This document shows positions 1 through 8,086 of a DNA stretch of 24,000 nt, in pieces. The notes beneath the pieces were generated by a model. It was not told where the DNA came from and did no database searches. It saw only the letters and a program-made list of their open reading frames with translations. Both the position numbers and the translations under genes were made by a program. Origin of the DNA: Elusimicrobiota bacterium (lineage in GTDB: Bacteria; Elusimicrobiota; Elusimicrobia; F11); the NCBI GenBank assembly GCA_043732015.1, contig JAYTIE010000270.1, positions 25,954 through 49,953 of the forward strand, read 5' to 3'. The first letter of the stretch is position 1. The number at the start of each line of letters is the position of its first letter.

Positions 1-466
1 GGGCGGTGCCGTTGGGTTTCACGACGTAACGGCCGGGATTGGACCTAACAAACTTGATGGCCTGGTCGAAGGAGGTGAAGTCCCAGCAGGGAAGCGTGTT
101 CACGCCGGCTTTCCGGAGTTCTTCCTGAGCCCAGTCGCGGTCCAGTTCGAGGCGGTCGCTCAGGTGGGTTCCGCCAACGACCGCTTTGCCTTCGCGTCTC
201 AGTTTTTCGGCGAGAGATCCGAACCCGATGTCGTCAAACACGATGACATCCGCCCAGTCCACGTGCTTTTCCCAGTCGTCGACCTTGTCGACAAATCCGT
301 TCGAGACATTTCGTTCGCCCTTGTCGTGAATGTAATAGCGAACGAGACTGCCTTCGTTCTTGACGGCGTAGGCGAGGTCTCCGATACATCCGATATCGGA
401 GATGAAAAGAAACTTCTTTGCGCCCTCCGGCGCTTTTGACGGACTGCTGCCCTTGTCTCCATTCAT
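1..466 (-). CDS. ATP-grasp enzyme, PurD (phosphoribosylamine-glycine ligase)-like, N-terminal part; the 3' end runs off the left edge
   Basis: Absent from the ORF track because no stop lies in the window. My translation from ATG 466..464 reads MNGDKGSSPSKAPEGAKKFLFISDIGCIGDLAYAVKNEGSLVRYYIHDKGE...VVGGTHLSDRLELDRDWAQEELRKAGVNTLPCWDFTSFDQAIKFVRSNPGRYVVKPNG. A short Rossmann-like pre-ATP-grasp region is followed by the 'ELDR...l+kaGv.t...f.s...A..fv....yVvKP.G' entry into an ATP-grasp fold, as in PurD-like enzymes. GGAGAG lies 3 nt upstream of the ATG. Confidence 0.55.
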   Translation of the reverse strand, partial: MNGDKGSSPSKAPEGAKKFLFISDIGCIGDLAYAVKNEGSLVRYYIHDKGERNVSNGFVDKVDDWEKHVDWADVIVFDDIGFGSLAEKLRREGKAVVGGTHLSDRLELDRDWAQEELRKAGVNTLPCWDFTSFDQAIKFVRSNPGRYVVKPNGTA

Positions 467-564
467 TGCTCTCCATTGTGTAGGCAATGGGTCTAAAAAT
501 CAACGTGATTTCATTTTTTCCGCTGCAGGCGGTACACTTGCGCAAATACCGAACGGAGGCCCCG

Positions 565-951
565 ATGCCATTTGTGACCATTACCATGCTTGAAGGAAGG
601 ACTGAGGAAGCGCGCGCGAAAATTTCAGAAGCGATTCACCAGGCCATGGTGGACACGATCGGGATTCCCGCCGATGACAAGTTTCAGATCATCAACGAGA
701 AGAAACCCGGCACGCTCGTGTACGACGCCGCTTACGGCGGCGTTTCACGCACGGAGGGCGTGGTGGTCGTCCAGATCACCCTGAACGCCGGACGCCCGGT
801 GGAGAAGAAGCGGGCGCTGTATGCGCGGATCGCGGCCCTGATGGAGGAACGCGGCGGGGTGCGCCCAGAGGACGTGATCGTGAGTCTGGTTGAAGTGACC
901 AAAGAGAACTGGTCCTTCGGCAAAGGCCTCGCCACCTATGCTCAAGCTTAG
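565..951 (+). CDS. tautomerase-superfamily protein (4-oxalocrotonate tautomerase-like, long ~128-aa form)
   Basis: Trimmed from track ORF 487..951 to the ATG at 565, which has GGAGG at 555-559. This gives the hallmark Met-Pro1 N-terminus MPFVTITMLEGRT (catalytic Pro1) and a beta-alpha-beta pattern (EEARAKISEAIHQAMVDTIGIP). Confidence 0.8.
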   Translation: MPFVTITMLEGRTEEARAKISEAIHQAMVDTIGIPADDKFQIINEKKPGTLVYDAAYGGVSRTEGVVVVQITLNAGRPVEKKRALYARIAALMEERGGVRPEDVIVSLVEVTKENWSFGKGLATYAQA

Positions 952-1048
952 GTCCTGATAGTCATTCGTTTTCATTCCCAGCCGGCCCTTGAAGCCGAAT
1001 GGGTTTGGGGACATACTTGGACCAGTGCTTCCTCGCACACACACACAG

Positions 1049-1090
1049 AAAACGCCCTCGTTGAGCCCAACGGGGGCGTTTCTTTTTTCT
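1049..1090 (+). terminator. rho-independent terminator downstream of the tautomerase gene
   Basis: Stem aaaacgccctcgttg (1049-1063), loop agcc, stem caacgggggcgtttt (1068-1082) with one G-U pair, followed by tcttttttct. Confidence 0.6.
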
Positions 1091-1149
1091 CCCACGCGCC
1101 AAAAGATCTAAACTCCGAAACGTCATTTACCGACGAGTCGGAGGGAATC

Positions 1150-1587
1150 ATGAGCACCATTGGCCGCCCGCATCCGCTTTTCCTTTCCGTGTTTCTGGGT
1201 CTCTTCTCCACAAGCGTCCACGCCGCCACGATCGCCAATGCCCCTTCGCAGAGGCCGGCGGGCGTTGAATTCCCCAATCTCTCGATGCCGCTCGATGCCG
1301 AGAAAGGCCACTTCGAAACCCCGATTCAAACCGTGACGCAGGAGCGCATGACGTTGCCTGAGCTCCGCACGTTCTTCGACACGCTGGACCGGGGCTCGGC
1401 TGTCCGGCTGATCTATCGCAACGGTTCCGAGTACGCCGGCAACTATTCCGGGGGCGACACGGATCATCCGCGCATTTATTGCCGCAAGGGCATGGGCGCG
1501 GCCGAGCCGGTTCCCCTTGAGGCAGTCACGGAAGCCTACGTGTTCGTCGCCGACAACCATCTGGTCAGAATCCGGTTGCCCGACTAG
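1150..1587 (+). CDS. small secreted hypothetical protein (145 aa)
   Basis: ATG at 1150 preceded by GGAGGGA (1139-1145). Signal-peptide-like N-terminus MSTIGRPHPLFLSVFLGLFSTSVHA/AT. I recognise no family. Confidence 0.5.
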   Translation: MSTIGRPHPLFLSVFLGLFSTSVHAATIANAPSQRPAGVEFPNLSMPLDAEKGHFETPIQTVTQERMTLPELRTFFDTLDRGSAVRLIYRNGSEYAGNYSGGDTDHPRIYCRKGMGAAEPVPLEAVTEAYVFVADNHLVRIRLPD

Positions 1588-1609
1588 TCTCCCGGCATTC
1601 CCGCGCCGC

Positions 1610-2695
1610 ATGCCGCTCTCCCGTTTCCTTCCCGCCCTTCTCATCGTTGTCGCAACCGCCGCCGTGCTCTGGGCATTGCGGCGTGAGCGCGAGTTGTCCG
1701 CTCGCCGCGCTGAAGAACTGGCGCAGCGCCTCCTGGAAGCCCAGCGCACCGATCCGGGCGTCGCATTCCTGCAGCGGGACATCAACAACCTGCGCGATCA
1801 GCTGTCTAAAGGTCTGTCGGAATCCGCGCGTTTGGTCAGCGAATCCCAGAAATCCGTCGGAGAGCGGCTTGCGCACGCCTCCGACATGGTCGGCCGCGTT
1901 CAGCAGACGCTGGGTTCCCTCGAGCAGGCCACGCAGCAGGTTTTCACGGTGGGCAAGGACATTTCGCGGCTTGAAGATCTTTTGCGCGCGCCGAAGATGC
2001 GCGGCGGCATTGGCGAGCAGCTGCTTGGCGATCTTTTGGGAATGATCCTGCCCGCGAAGCACTTCCGCCTTCAGCACGCCTTCAAGGGCGGAGAAACCGT
2101 CGATGCCATCGTGGACCTTGGGAGGTTTGTCCCGATCGACGCCAAATTTCCGCTCGAGAATTTTCGCCGCATTCAGGAATCTGAACCCGCCGAACGGAAC
2201 GCCGCGCGCCGGCGTTTCATGCAGGACGTCCGCAAACACGTGGACGCGATCGCGTCCAAATATATCCGGCCCGACGAAGGAACATTCGACTTCGCTCTCA
2301 TGTACATCCCGGCGGAGAACGTTTACTACGAAACCATCATCAAGGACGATGCGGCCGAAGACGCTTCCCTGGCGTCCTACGCGTTCACGCGCCGTGTGAT
2401 TCCGGTGTCGCCGAACAGCATTTACGCCTATCTGCAGACGGTCAGTCTCGGCCTTCGCGGCCTCCGAGTCGAGGAGAATGCGGTCCGGATTCTGGCGAGC
2501 CTGGACCAGTTGAAGGGGGACTTCGGCCGTTTTCACGAAGAGTTCCTGCTCGTCGGAAAACACCTGTCCAACGCACGCGTGAAATATGAAGACGCCGAGC
2601 GCCGGCTGGCACGGTTCGAGGACAAACTTCAGGCGTCCGGATCCGACAAGCCCGCCCTCGCGGCCACGGAATCCCCGGCGCTGGACGTGCGATGA
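1610..2695 (+). CDS. rmuC: DNA recombination protein RmuC
   Basis: Trimmed from 1517 to the ATG at 1610 (MPLSRFLPALLIVVATAAVLWAL, an N-terminal TM anchor). A long coiled-coil follows, then the RmuC nuclease-like core motifs VPIDAKFPLENF and LMYIPAENVYYE. Confidence 0.85.
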   Translation: MPLSRFLPALLIVVATAAVLWALRRERELSARRAEELAQRLLEAQRTDPGVAFLQRDINNLRDQLSKGLSESARLVSESQKSVGERLAHASDMVGRVQQTLGSLEQATQQVFTVGKDISRLEDLLRAPKMRGGIGEQLLGDLLGMILPAKHFRLQHAFKGGETVDAIVDLGRFVPIDAKFPLENFRRIQESEPAERNAARRRFMQDVRKHVDAIASKYIRPDEGTFDFALMYIPAENVYYETIIKDDAAEDASLASYAFTRRVIPVSPNSIYAYLQTVSLGLRGLRVEENAVRILASLDQLKGDFGRFHEEFLLVGKHLSNARVKYEDAERRLARFEDKLQASGSDKPALAATESPALDVR

Positions 2696-3057
2696 TCTGG
2701 GCGCAGCTCGGAGCCATGATGATGGTAGTCGCGGTGGGCCTGGGCGCCTTTGGCGCGCATGCGCTCAAGTCCCGGTTAACGCCGGAGATGCACGCCATTT
2801 TTGAGGTCGGAGTTCGCTACCACGTCTATCACGCGCTGGCGCTGATCGCAGTGGCGTGGCTGTCGTCGGTCCGCGCGGGGAACGCGGTCACGGCGTCGGG
2901 ACTCTGCTTCGTTGCGGGGATTGTTCTTTTCTCCGGCTCGCTCTACGCCTACGCGCTCACCGGCGCCAAACTGTTCGTTTTCGTCACGCCCTTCGGCGGC
3001 CTGCTGTTCCTCGCCGGATGGGTCGCCTTCTTTCTCGGCGCCAGATCCGCTTCCTGA
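2692..3057 (+). CDS. DUF423 (YgdD-like) small inner-membrane protein
   Basis: Contains GLGAFGAHALK...YHVYHALALI...VLFSGSLYAYALTG...FVTPFGGLLFLAGW, which is collinear with E. coli YgdD. The ATGA start/stop overlap with rmuC lies at 2692-2695. Confidence 0.85.
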   Translation: MIWAQLGAMMMVVAVGLGAFGAHALKSRLTPEMHAIFEVGVRYHVYHALALIAVAWLSSVRAGNAVTASGLCFVAGIVLFSGSLYAYALTGAKLFVFVTPFGGLLFLAGWVAFFLGARSAS

Positions 3058-3061
3058 TTCT

Positions 3062-4342
3062 TTAAGGCTGCGGCGTCGGGCGCTTCTTGTGGATGCCGAT
3101 CTGCACCGCATCCCGCTCGGTGAAAAGCGCGCCGAACCAGTCCAGCGCGACGCGCATCTTGCGCGCGAACCCCGGAATCCGGACGAGATAGAAAAGCCTG
3201 TAGATGATCCAGGCGCCAAACCCCGAGAAACGCACGCTGCCCGCGTTCACGACGGCGTTGTGACCGCCCAGCGGCGTCACGGTTCCTTTGTCCTTGAAGA
3301 AAACGGGGACGAGCGGCTGGTTGTTCAACGCGCGGTACACATTCGCTCCCACCATGCGGCCCTCGCCGATCGCGGATTGCGCTGTCGGCGGATGCGCCTT
3401 CCCGTTCTCATCCAGGTTCACGGCGCAGTCTCCGACGGCCCAGACGTTGGGAAATTCCTGCACGCGCCCGTCGTTGTCGCAGGTCAGCCAGCCGCGCTTG
3501 TCGGCGGTGAGGCCCATCTGCCGGACGAGCGGATGTGAGGCGATGCCGGCGCACCAGATCACGGTATGGGTGTCGATCTTTTCTCCGCTGGACAATGTCG
3601 CTGAGGTCGCGGCGATGTTCGAGACGGAGGTCTTCAGGCGGAAATCAATGCCGCGCTTTTTCATCGTCTCGGCGACATAAGCCGCGGTTCCTTCGTCCAG
3701 AGGACCCAGGATTCTTTCCGAAAGCTCTACCAGGATGAACTGGATTTCCGATGGTTTGATGTTGGAATAATGCGCCGCGGCTTCCAGAACGAATTCCTGG
3801 TACTCGCCGGCGACTTCAACGCCCGTGAAATTTCCGCCCACCACGACCACGCGGAGAAGGCGCTTCCGTTCTTCCGGATCGGAGATCGCGTCGGCCATTT
3901 CAAGCATATGAACCATGCGGTCACGAAGTCCCACGGCGTCCCGCAGGCTCTTCATCGTCCAGCCATGCTCGACGAGCCCCGGGACCGGTGGAAGATTGGA
4001 CACGCTGCCCAGCGCGACCACAAGCTGATCGTACTCGAGCGTCACGCTGGGACCGTCGCCGGCGACGCAGTAGGTGACCTTGTTGTTCTTCGTGTCGACT
4101 TCGGTCACGTCGCCCATCCGGAATTCGCAGCCTTTCAGGTAATGGCGAAGCGGAACGGTCGCGTGGCGCGGTTCGAGGCTGCCGGTGCCGGCTTCCACGA
4201 GCAGCGGATAAAAAAGAAGGTAGTTGTGACGGTCGATGACGGTCACGGAGACGCTTTTTCCTCCGAGTTGTGAAAGGCTTCGCGCGCAATACGCGCCGCC
4301 GAATCCGCCGCCGAGAATGATGATGCGAGTCTGACGTTCCAT
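3062..4342 (-). CDS. ndh: type II NADH dehydrogenase (NDH-2), FAD-dependent pyridine nucleotide-disulfide oxidoreductase
   Basis: N-terminal dinucleotide fold RIIILGGGFGGAYCA, second Rossmann motif VVVVGGNFTGVEVAGE, VWAVGDCA motif and an amphipathic C-terminal tail. Confidence 0.85.
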   Translation of the reverse strand: MERQTRIIILGGGFGGAYCARSLSQLGGKSVSVTVIDRHNYLLFYPLLVEAGTGSLEPRHATVPLRHYLKGCEFRMGDVTEVDTKNNKVTYCVAGDGPSVTLEYDQLVVALGSVSNLPPVPGLVEHGWTMKSLRDAVGLRDRMVHMLEMADAISDPEERKRLLRVVVVGGNFTGVEVAGEYQEFVLEAAAHYSNIKPSEIQFILVELSERILGPLDEGTAAYVAETMKKRGIDFRLKTSVSNIAATSATLSSGEKIDTHTVIWCAGIASHPLVRQMGLTADKRGWLTCDNDGRVQEFPNVWAVGDCAVNLDENGKAHPPTAQSAIGEGRMVGANVYRALNNQPLVPVFFKDKGTVTPLGGHNAVVNAGSVRFSGFGAWIIYRLFYLVRIPGFARKMRVALDWFGALFTERDAVQIGIHKKRPTPQP

Positions 4343-4344
4343 TT

Positions 4345-5004
4345 TTAGTGTGGCTGGGCCCAGGTCAACCTGGTTGGGCCCGCCGGCTCCTTTTTGGCCG
4401 AAGCTGACTCCGTGTCCGGCGATCCGCGCGTTTCGCGCGGTTCCGGCCGCCAGAGTCCCCGTTTATCCCGGCGCGCCTCAGCCTCGAGGCGCCGGAATTG
4501 ATCCGCGTACTGAAACGGGAACCTCGTATAGACCGAGGCGTAACCCGCTTCCAGAATCAAAGCGTTTAAGAATCCTTCATCGTATGAGTCAAGCTCGCAT
4601 ACGCTATCCGCCACCCACAGCTCGAGCTTCTCGCAGGGCGGCGGTTCAAAATGAACGTAGGCCAGTGTGCGTCCGTACCGGTCCTTGTGGTGATGCGCCG
4701 CGCTGGCCTGATCGTAATCCAGCGTCACGCGCCGTCCTTCGATGATCTCCCGGACGAACCTGGCCGAGCGCTCTCCCAGTTTACGGATGACCGCCTCGCG
4801 CTGCTTCGATCCGCCGGAGTCCCTCTCCATCTTTTCCGATGGGTGAACTTCCGGCGTGTCGATTCCGATCAGCCGGACCCGCACACCATTGGCCAGCAGC
4901 AACGTGTCTCCATCAACAACCCGTTTTACGATGAACGTATCGGCGGCTTGAGCGGAGGAAACCAATAGCCAGAGGCCAAGGAGGAGGGAGAGGGGCCTTG
5001 CCAC
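4345..5004 (-). CDS. secreted thermonuclease (staphylococcal nuclease / SNase-like)
   Basis: GTG start at 5004. Signal peptide ARPLSLLLGLWLLVSSAQA/AD. VVDGDTLLL...VRLIGIDTPE and DRYGRTLAYV match the SNase Ca-binding and catalytic segments (compare S. aureus RLLLVDTPE and DKYGRGLAYI). Its stop lies 2 nt before the ndh start. Confidence 0.8.
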   Translation of the reverse strand: MARPLSLLLGLWLLVSSAQAADTFIVKRVVDGDTLLLANGVRVRLIGIDTPEVHPSEKMERDSGGSKQREAVIRKLGERSARFVREIIEGRRVTLDYDQASAAHHHKDRYGRTLAYVHFEPPPCEKLELWVADSVCELDSYDEGFLNALILEAGYASVYTRFPFQYADQFRRLEAEARRDKRGLWRPEPRETRGSPDTESASAKKEPAGPTRLTWAQPH

Positions 5005-5078
5005 GGAGGGATTCTAGCAGGTCCGAAGGGGTTTCTCGAAGGCCCAGTTTTCGTGCTGATTCGACGGATGCTTTGTCG

Positions 5079-5084
5079 TATAGT
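5079..5084 (+). promoter_or_regulatory. candidate -10 box (TATAGT) placed for a leaderless or near-leaderless transcript of the 5092 gene
   Basis: tatagt at 5079-5084, a 7-nt gap (ccacccc), then ATG at 5092. No SD is present, and I found no convincing -35. Confidence 0.3.
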
Positions 5085-5091
5085 CCACCCC

Positions 5092-6726
5092 ATGCCGAGC
5101 CAGAAAGTTTCTTCCCGGCGGTCCCGCGCGCTCACCGTGATTTTTTCCGTGAGCGGCGCGCTGGTCGCGCTGAAAAGTCTCGTGACACGCCTGTACGAGC
5201 CGGACCTGTGGTGGCAGCTCGCGCTGGCCCGGCAGATGATCGCCGAATCCCATGTGACGCAAACCGAAATACTTTCCTACACCTTCCTGGGCGCGCCCTA
5301 CATCAATTTCGAATGGCTGGCCCAGCTGGGTTTTTACGGCGTCTGGCGGGTGTGGGGGCTTCCGGGCCTTTTCGTCGGGAAAATTCTGGCCGGCGTCGCC
5401 ATCGCAACGCTGATGGCGCGCGCGCTGTGGAAGTGGGGCGGCCGTGGCGGAATTCTCATGGGTCTCTGGTGGGCGGTGTTCTGGGCGCTCCGTCCCCGCT
5501 TGAACGAACGGGCCGAACTGGCCACGCTGCTGGCCCTCCCCGTTCTGCTTCTCCTGTTCCGCACCGGAATTTTCTCCGTCCATCGTCGGCGCCTGGTGCT
5601 GCTCGGCGCCTTCGTTTTGACTGTGTTCTGGAGCAACGCGCACGGCGGCTGGGTGCTGGCGCCCGCGCTTGCTTTCTTCCTTTCCTTCGGCGCGCTCTGG
5701 ACGCGCGAACACCGCCGGGCGGCGCCGTTCCTGCTGGGCATGTCCGTGATCATGACGCTGGGCGGGCTGGTTAATCCGTACGGCCCGCGCCTTCTGCTCG
5801 TGCACACCATTCATCTCGCGAACCTGGGCCGCGGCAGCGCCATTCCGGCGGTCATTGAAGAATGGGGAGCGACCTCCATTGCGGCTGCGCCCGTATTCTG
5901 GGCGCTTCTCCTCGCGTGCGCGATCGCGTTGGTGATGGGCGTGCTCCGGCGAAGTCCCTCGGCGCGGCTCTGGGCGCCCGCGCTTCTCGTCTTTGCGGCG
6001 TCGGGCGCGGCGTATTACCGGAACGCGGCCCTTTTCGTTTTTGTGGCGGGCCCTTTTCTGGCCATGTGGATCGCCGAGGGCGGCCGGAAGAGCCGGCGGT
6101 GGCTGATCCTGACGGTGCCGGTTGTGGTGTCGCTTGGCGTCGCGGCGCCCTCGCTGACGCGTCCTCTGCCAAAGACGCTCGTCCAGTGGCAGCGGCTTCC
6201 GGTGGGCGCCTGCGAATTCCTCCTCGAGAATGACATCCGGGGACGCATGTTCAACCCACTCGAGATGGGCGGGTTCATTGAATGGACGCTGGGCCCGGAC
6301 CAGAAGGTGTTCATCGATGGCCGTTATCTTTTCTTCCCGCTCGTGACGGAGCTGACCGACGCCGTCGCGACGGGGGCGGTTCCCGCGCTGATGCAGAGTT
6401 TCCAGGTGGATCACGCGGTGGTTAATTACGGAATTTTCAACGCGATGGCGGCACCGGCCAGCGCGTTGTTTCCCACGGATTCGTGGGCGCTGGTTTACTG
6501 GGACGACGCCGCGCTCGTCTATCTGCGCCGCACGCCCGCTTTCGCGGGCGTGATCGCCAAGCGCGAATACCGGTTTGCGAAACCGGACGGTCCGCTCCCG
6601 CCACTCTCCGCCGCGGACCATGCGGCGCTTCAGGAAGAAATGGCCCGGCACCGTCGCGAGGTTCCGTTTTCCATCGTGGCGGCGAATCTGGCCGAACAGG
6701 CGGCCTCGCCCGTTTCAGCGCGCTGA
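5092..6726 (+). CDS. polytopic membrane protein, GT-C-fold glycosyltransferase-like, with a C-terminal periplasmic domain
   Basis: At least 10 hydrophobic segments. The N-terminal loop motif DLWWQLALARQMI...ILSYTFLGAPYINFEWLAQ and the C-terminal MFNPLEMGGFIEWTLGPDQKVFIDGRY recall uncharacterised ArnT/PMT-like GT-C families. The start is ambiguous (GTG 5053 or ATG 5092). Confidence 0.55.
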   Translation: MPSQKVSSRRSRALTVIFSVSGALVALKSLVTRLYEPDLWWQLALARQMIAESHVTQTEILSYTFLGAPYINFEWLAQLGFYGVWRVWGLPGLFVGKILAGVAIATLMARALWKWGGRGGILMGLWWAVFWALRPRLNERAELATLLALPVLLLLFRTGIFSVHRRRLVLLGAFVLTVFWSNAHGGWVLAPALAFFLSFGALWTREHRRAAPFLLGMSVIMTLGGLVNPYGPRLLLVHTIHLANLGRGSAIPAVIEEWGATSIAAAPVFWALLLACAIALVMGVLRRSPSARLWAPALLVFAASGAAYYRNAALFVFVAGPFLAMWIAEGGRKSRRWLILTVPVVVSLGVAAPSLTRPLPKTLVQWQRLPVGACEFLLENDIRGRMFNPLEMGGFIEWTLGPDQKVFIDGRYLFFPLVTELTDAVATGAVPALMQSFQVDHAVVNYGIFNAMAAPASALFPTDSWALVYWDDAALVYLRRTPAFAGVIAKREYRFAKPDGPLPPLSAADHAALQEEMARHRREVPFSIVAANLAEQAASPVSAR

Positions 6727-6916
6727 GGCGCGGCGGGAAAGAAACCCGAGAAGAATCAGCGTCATCAACGCCCATTCGGGAACGAGACACGGCAGCAGGC
6801 GACTGATGGATCTTCCCAGCGACAGCGGCCATCCCGACGAATCGCGAATGTAGAAAGCGAATGTCAGGAAAGAAACGAAGCACGCGTACCAGCCCATCAG
6901 CCAGGTCGCGGAGCGA

Positions 6917-6960
6917 CGCGGCCGCGTAGAAGGCCGCGGCGACGATCGCCTTTTTTCTTA
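6917..6960 (+). terminator. candidate rho-independent terminator between convergent genes
   Basis: Tandem hairpins: cgcggcc(6917-6923)/ggccgcg(6932-6938) and ggcga(6938-6942)/tcgcc(6946-6950), followed by tttttt (6951-6956). It lies about 200 nt after the stop at 6726, so the assignment is uncertain. Confidence 0.4.
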
Positions 6961-6984
6961 CCGGCGCCGATATCCCGCCGGAAA

Positions 6985-8067
6985 TTATTCGCGGGTGGTT
7001 TTCCAACGGCGTTCGTCCGTTCCCTCATCCAGGATCACGTCGAACGTGAGGATGGAGATGGGGCGTTCGTCATCGGTTTCCGCGGTCACGCGCCAACGGC
7101 CCGGGACGAAATTCGATTTGATGGCCACGCCGCGGAATCCTTCGGCGCGCCCGCCCAGTATGTACAGCGGAATCCGGTCGCTGGTCTGCCACGTCTTCCG
7201 GACGGGATCACGAAGCTCCCAGCGGATGATCACCTGATGGCGAAACCGGCTCGGGGCGAAAACGCGCGCGAAGTAACAGAGGCGGTCCCCCGGACGCGCA
7301 CGGAAGGGACGTGAATCGTGCCGCCAGAAATCCAGCGTGGAGGGACGTTCGTAGATCAGCTCATAGCGGCCGTTGACGCGTTGCACGTCGTGATAGAGGC
7401 CCTGGAACTGTACGGACAAAGGCACCGGCGGAATGAGGCGCAGCACATAGAGCGCGCCGATGATGGCGATGACCGCGCCCGCCGGCGCGAATAGCCGCTG
7501 ACGGGACTGCGCCCGGTTCTCATCGAACGCGGCGAGCCAGTCCGCCACACGCCACACCACCCCTGTCGTGACCAGAAGCGCCAGCGCGAACACCCACCCG
7601 CCCATCCGGCCGATGATGATCGGAATAAAGAAGTTCATGAAGGACAACACGCAGAACGCGTAAAGGCCGAGCCGCATCCGGTGGCCGGCCCGGCGAACCT
7701 GGGGCATTTCATTCAGGAACAGGAGCACGACCAGGAACAGGAAGAAAACGAGGGGGCGCGCGCCCGTGCTGCTCTGGAAGTAGAGCACGACGTAGCTGCT
7801 GAGAAGGCCTCCGTAGCAGAAATGCAGCGCTTCAACGTTGTAGTGCCACCACTTGGCCAGGAAGGCGGGCGGTGTCCAGCCGACGCGAAGTTCGCGGTAT
7901 TGCCAGATGAGAAACGCGGTGACGATCGACAGGTACAGCAGCTGCATGCCGATGTCGGCCAGCGCGTCGATGCGGCGGATTGTCAGGTAGTCGAAAATGA
8001 ATCCGCCGACGAACATGAGTTCGTTGGCGTGGTGGTGGAGGCGTTTCGCGAAGGACTTCATATCCAT
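6985..8067 (-). CDS. DUF2914-type membrane protein (multi-TM N-terminal region plus C-terminal beta-rich domain)
   Basis: About 7 hydrophobic helices, then the C-terminal GDRLCYFARVFAPSRFRHQVIIRWELRD...WQTSDRIPLYILGGRAEGFRGVAIKSNFVPGRWRVTAETDDERPISILTFDV. This fits my recollection of the DUF2914 pattern (H.W...W......l.i.GGR..G+R......G.WrV.v). Start trimmed from 8118 to ATG 8067 (MDMKSF), which avoids overlap with the divergent gene. Confidence 0.6.
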   Translation of the reverse strand: MDMKSFAKRLHHHANELMFVGGFIFDYLTIRRIDALADIGMQLLYLSIVTAFLIWQYRELRVGWTPPAFLAKWWHYNVEALHFCYGGLLSSYVVLYFQSSTGARPLVFFLFLVVLLFLNEMPQVRRAGHRMRLGLYAFCVLSFMNFFIPIIIGRMGGWVFALALLVTTGVVWRVADWLAAFDENRAQSRQRLFAPAGAVIAIIGALYVLRLIPPVPLSVQFQGLYHDVQRVNGRYELIYERPSTLDFWRHDSRPFRARPGDRLCYFARVFAPSRFRHQVIIRWELRDPVRKTWQTSDRIPLYILGGRAEGFRGVAIKSNFVPGRWRVTAETDDERPISILTFDVILDEGTDERRWKTTRE

Positions 8068-8071
8068 CGAA

Positions 8072-8077
8072 TATAAT
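8072..8077 (+). promoter_or_regulatory. consensus -10 box (TATAAT) inside a 19-bp divergent intergenic spacer
   Basis: tataat at 8072-8077, 9 nt before the ATG at 8087. This is the only AT-rich patch locally, and no SD lies between it and the ATG. Confidence 0.35.
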
Positions 8078-8086
8078 AGCCGGATC

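Noticed and set aside
487-564. 26-aa N-terminal extension of the tautomerase ORF.
   Set aside because: Tautomerase-superfamily enzymes need Pro1 directly after the initiator Met. The ATG at 565 gives MPFV and has a GGAGG SD.
1036-1047. (CA)6 microsatellite in the tautomerase 3' region.
   Set aside because: It is short, single-copy and intergenic, just upstream of the terminator hairpin. Nothing suggests phase-variable function.
952-1149. 198-bp intergenic region screened for a tRNA or small RNA.
   Set aside because: No cloverleaf-compatible sequence or conserved T-loop or D-loop motif was found. Only the terminator hairpin and a weak cattc/gaatg stem are present.
5014-6651. 545-aa ORF antisense to the GT-C-like gene. 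Similar long antisense or out-of-frame ORFs occur at 1123..1788-, 1565..2563-, 2912..3538+, 9883..11319+, 12003..12941+, 12878..14356+, 14962..16113+, 16140..16973+, 17135..18241+, 18127..19287+, 19772..21658-, 21442..23310+ and 21728..22909-.
   Set aside because: All lie opposite or out of frame to genes with clear family signatures. Their translations are Arg/Gly/His/Pro-rich, low-complexity and motif-free. This is typical of stop-poor shadow frames in high-GC DNA.
6483-6853. Plus-strand ORFs 6483..6806 and 6575..6853 spanning the end of the GT-C-like gene and the intergenic region.
   Set aside because: They are out of frame with the real gene, and their Arg-rich composition carries no motifs. 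They are shadow ORFs.
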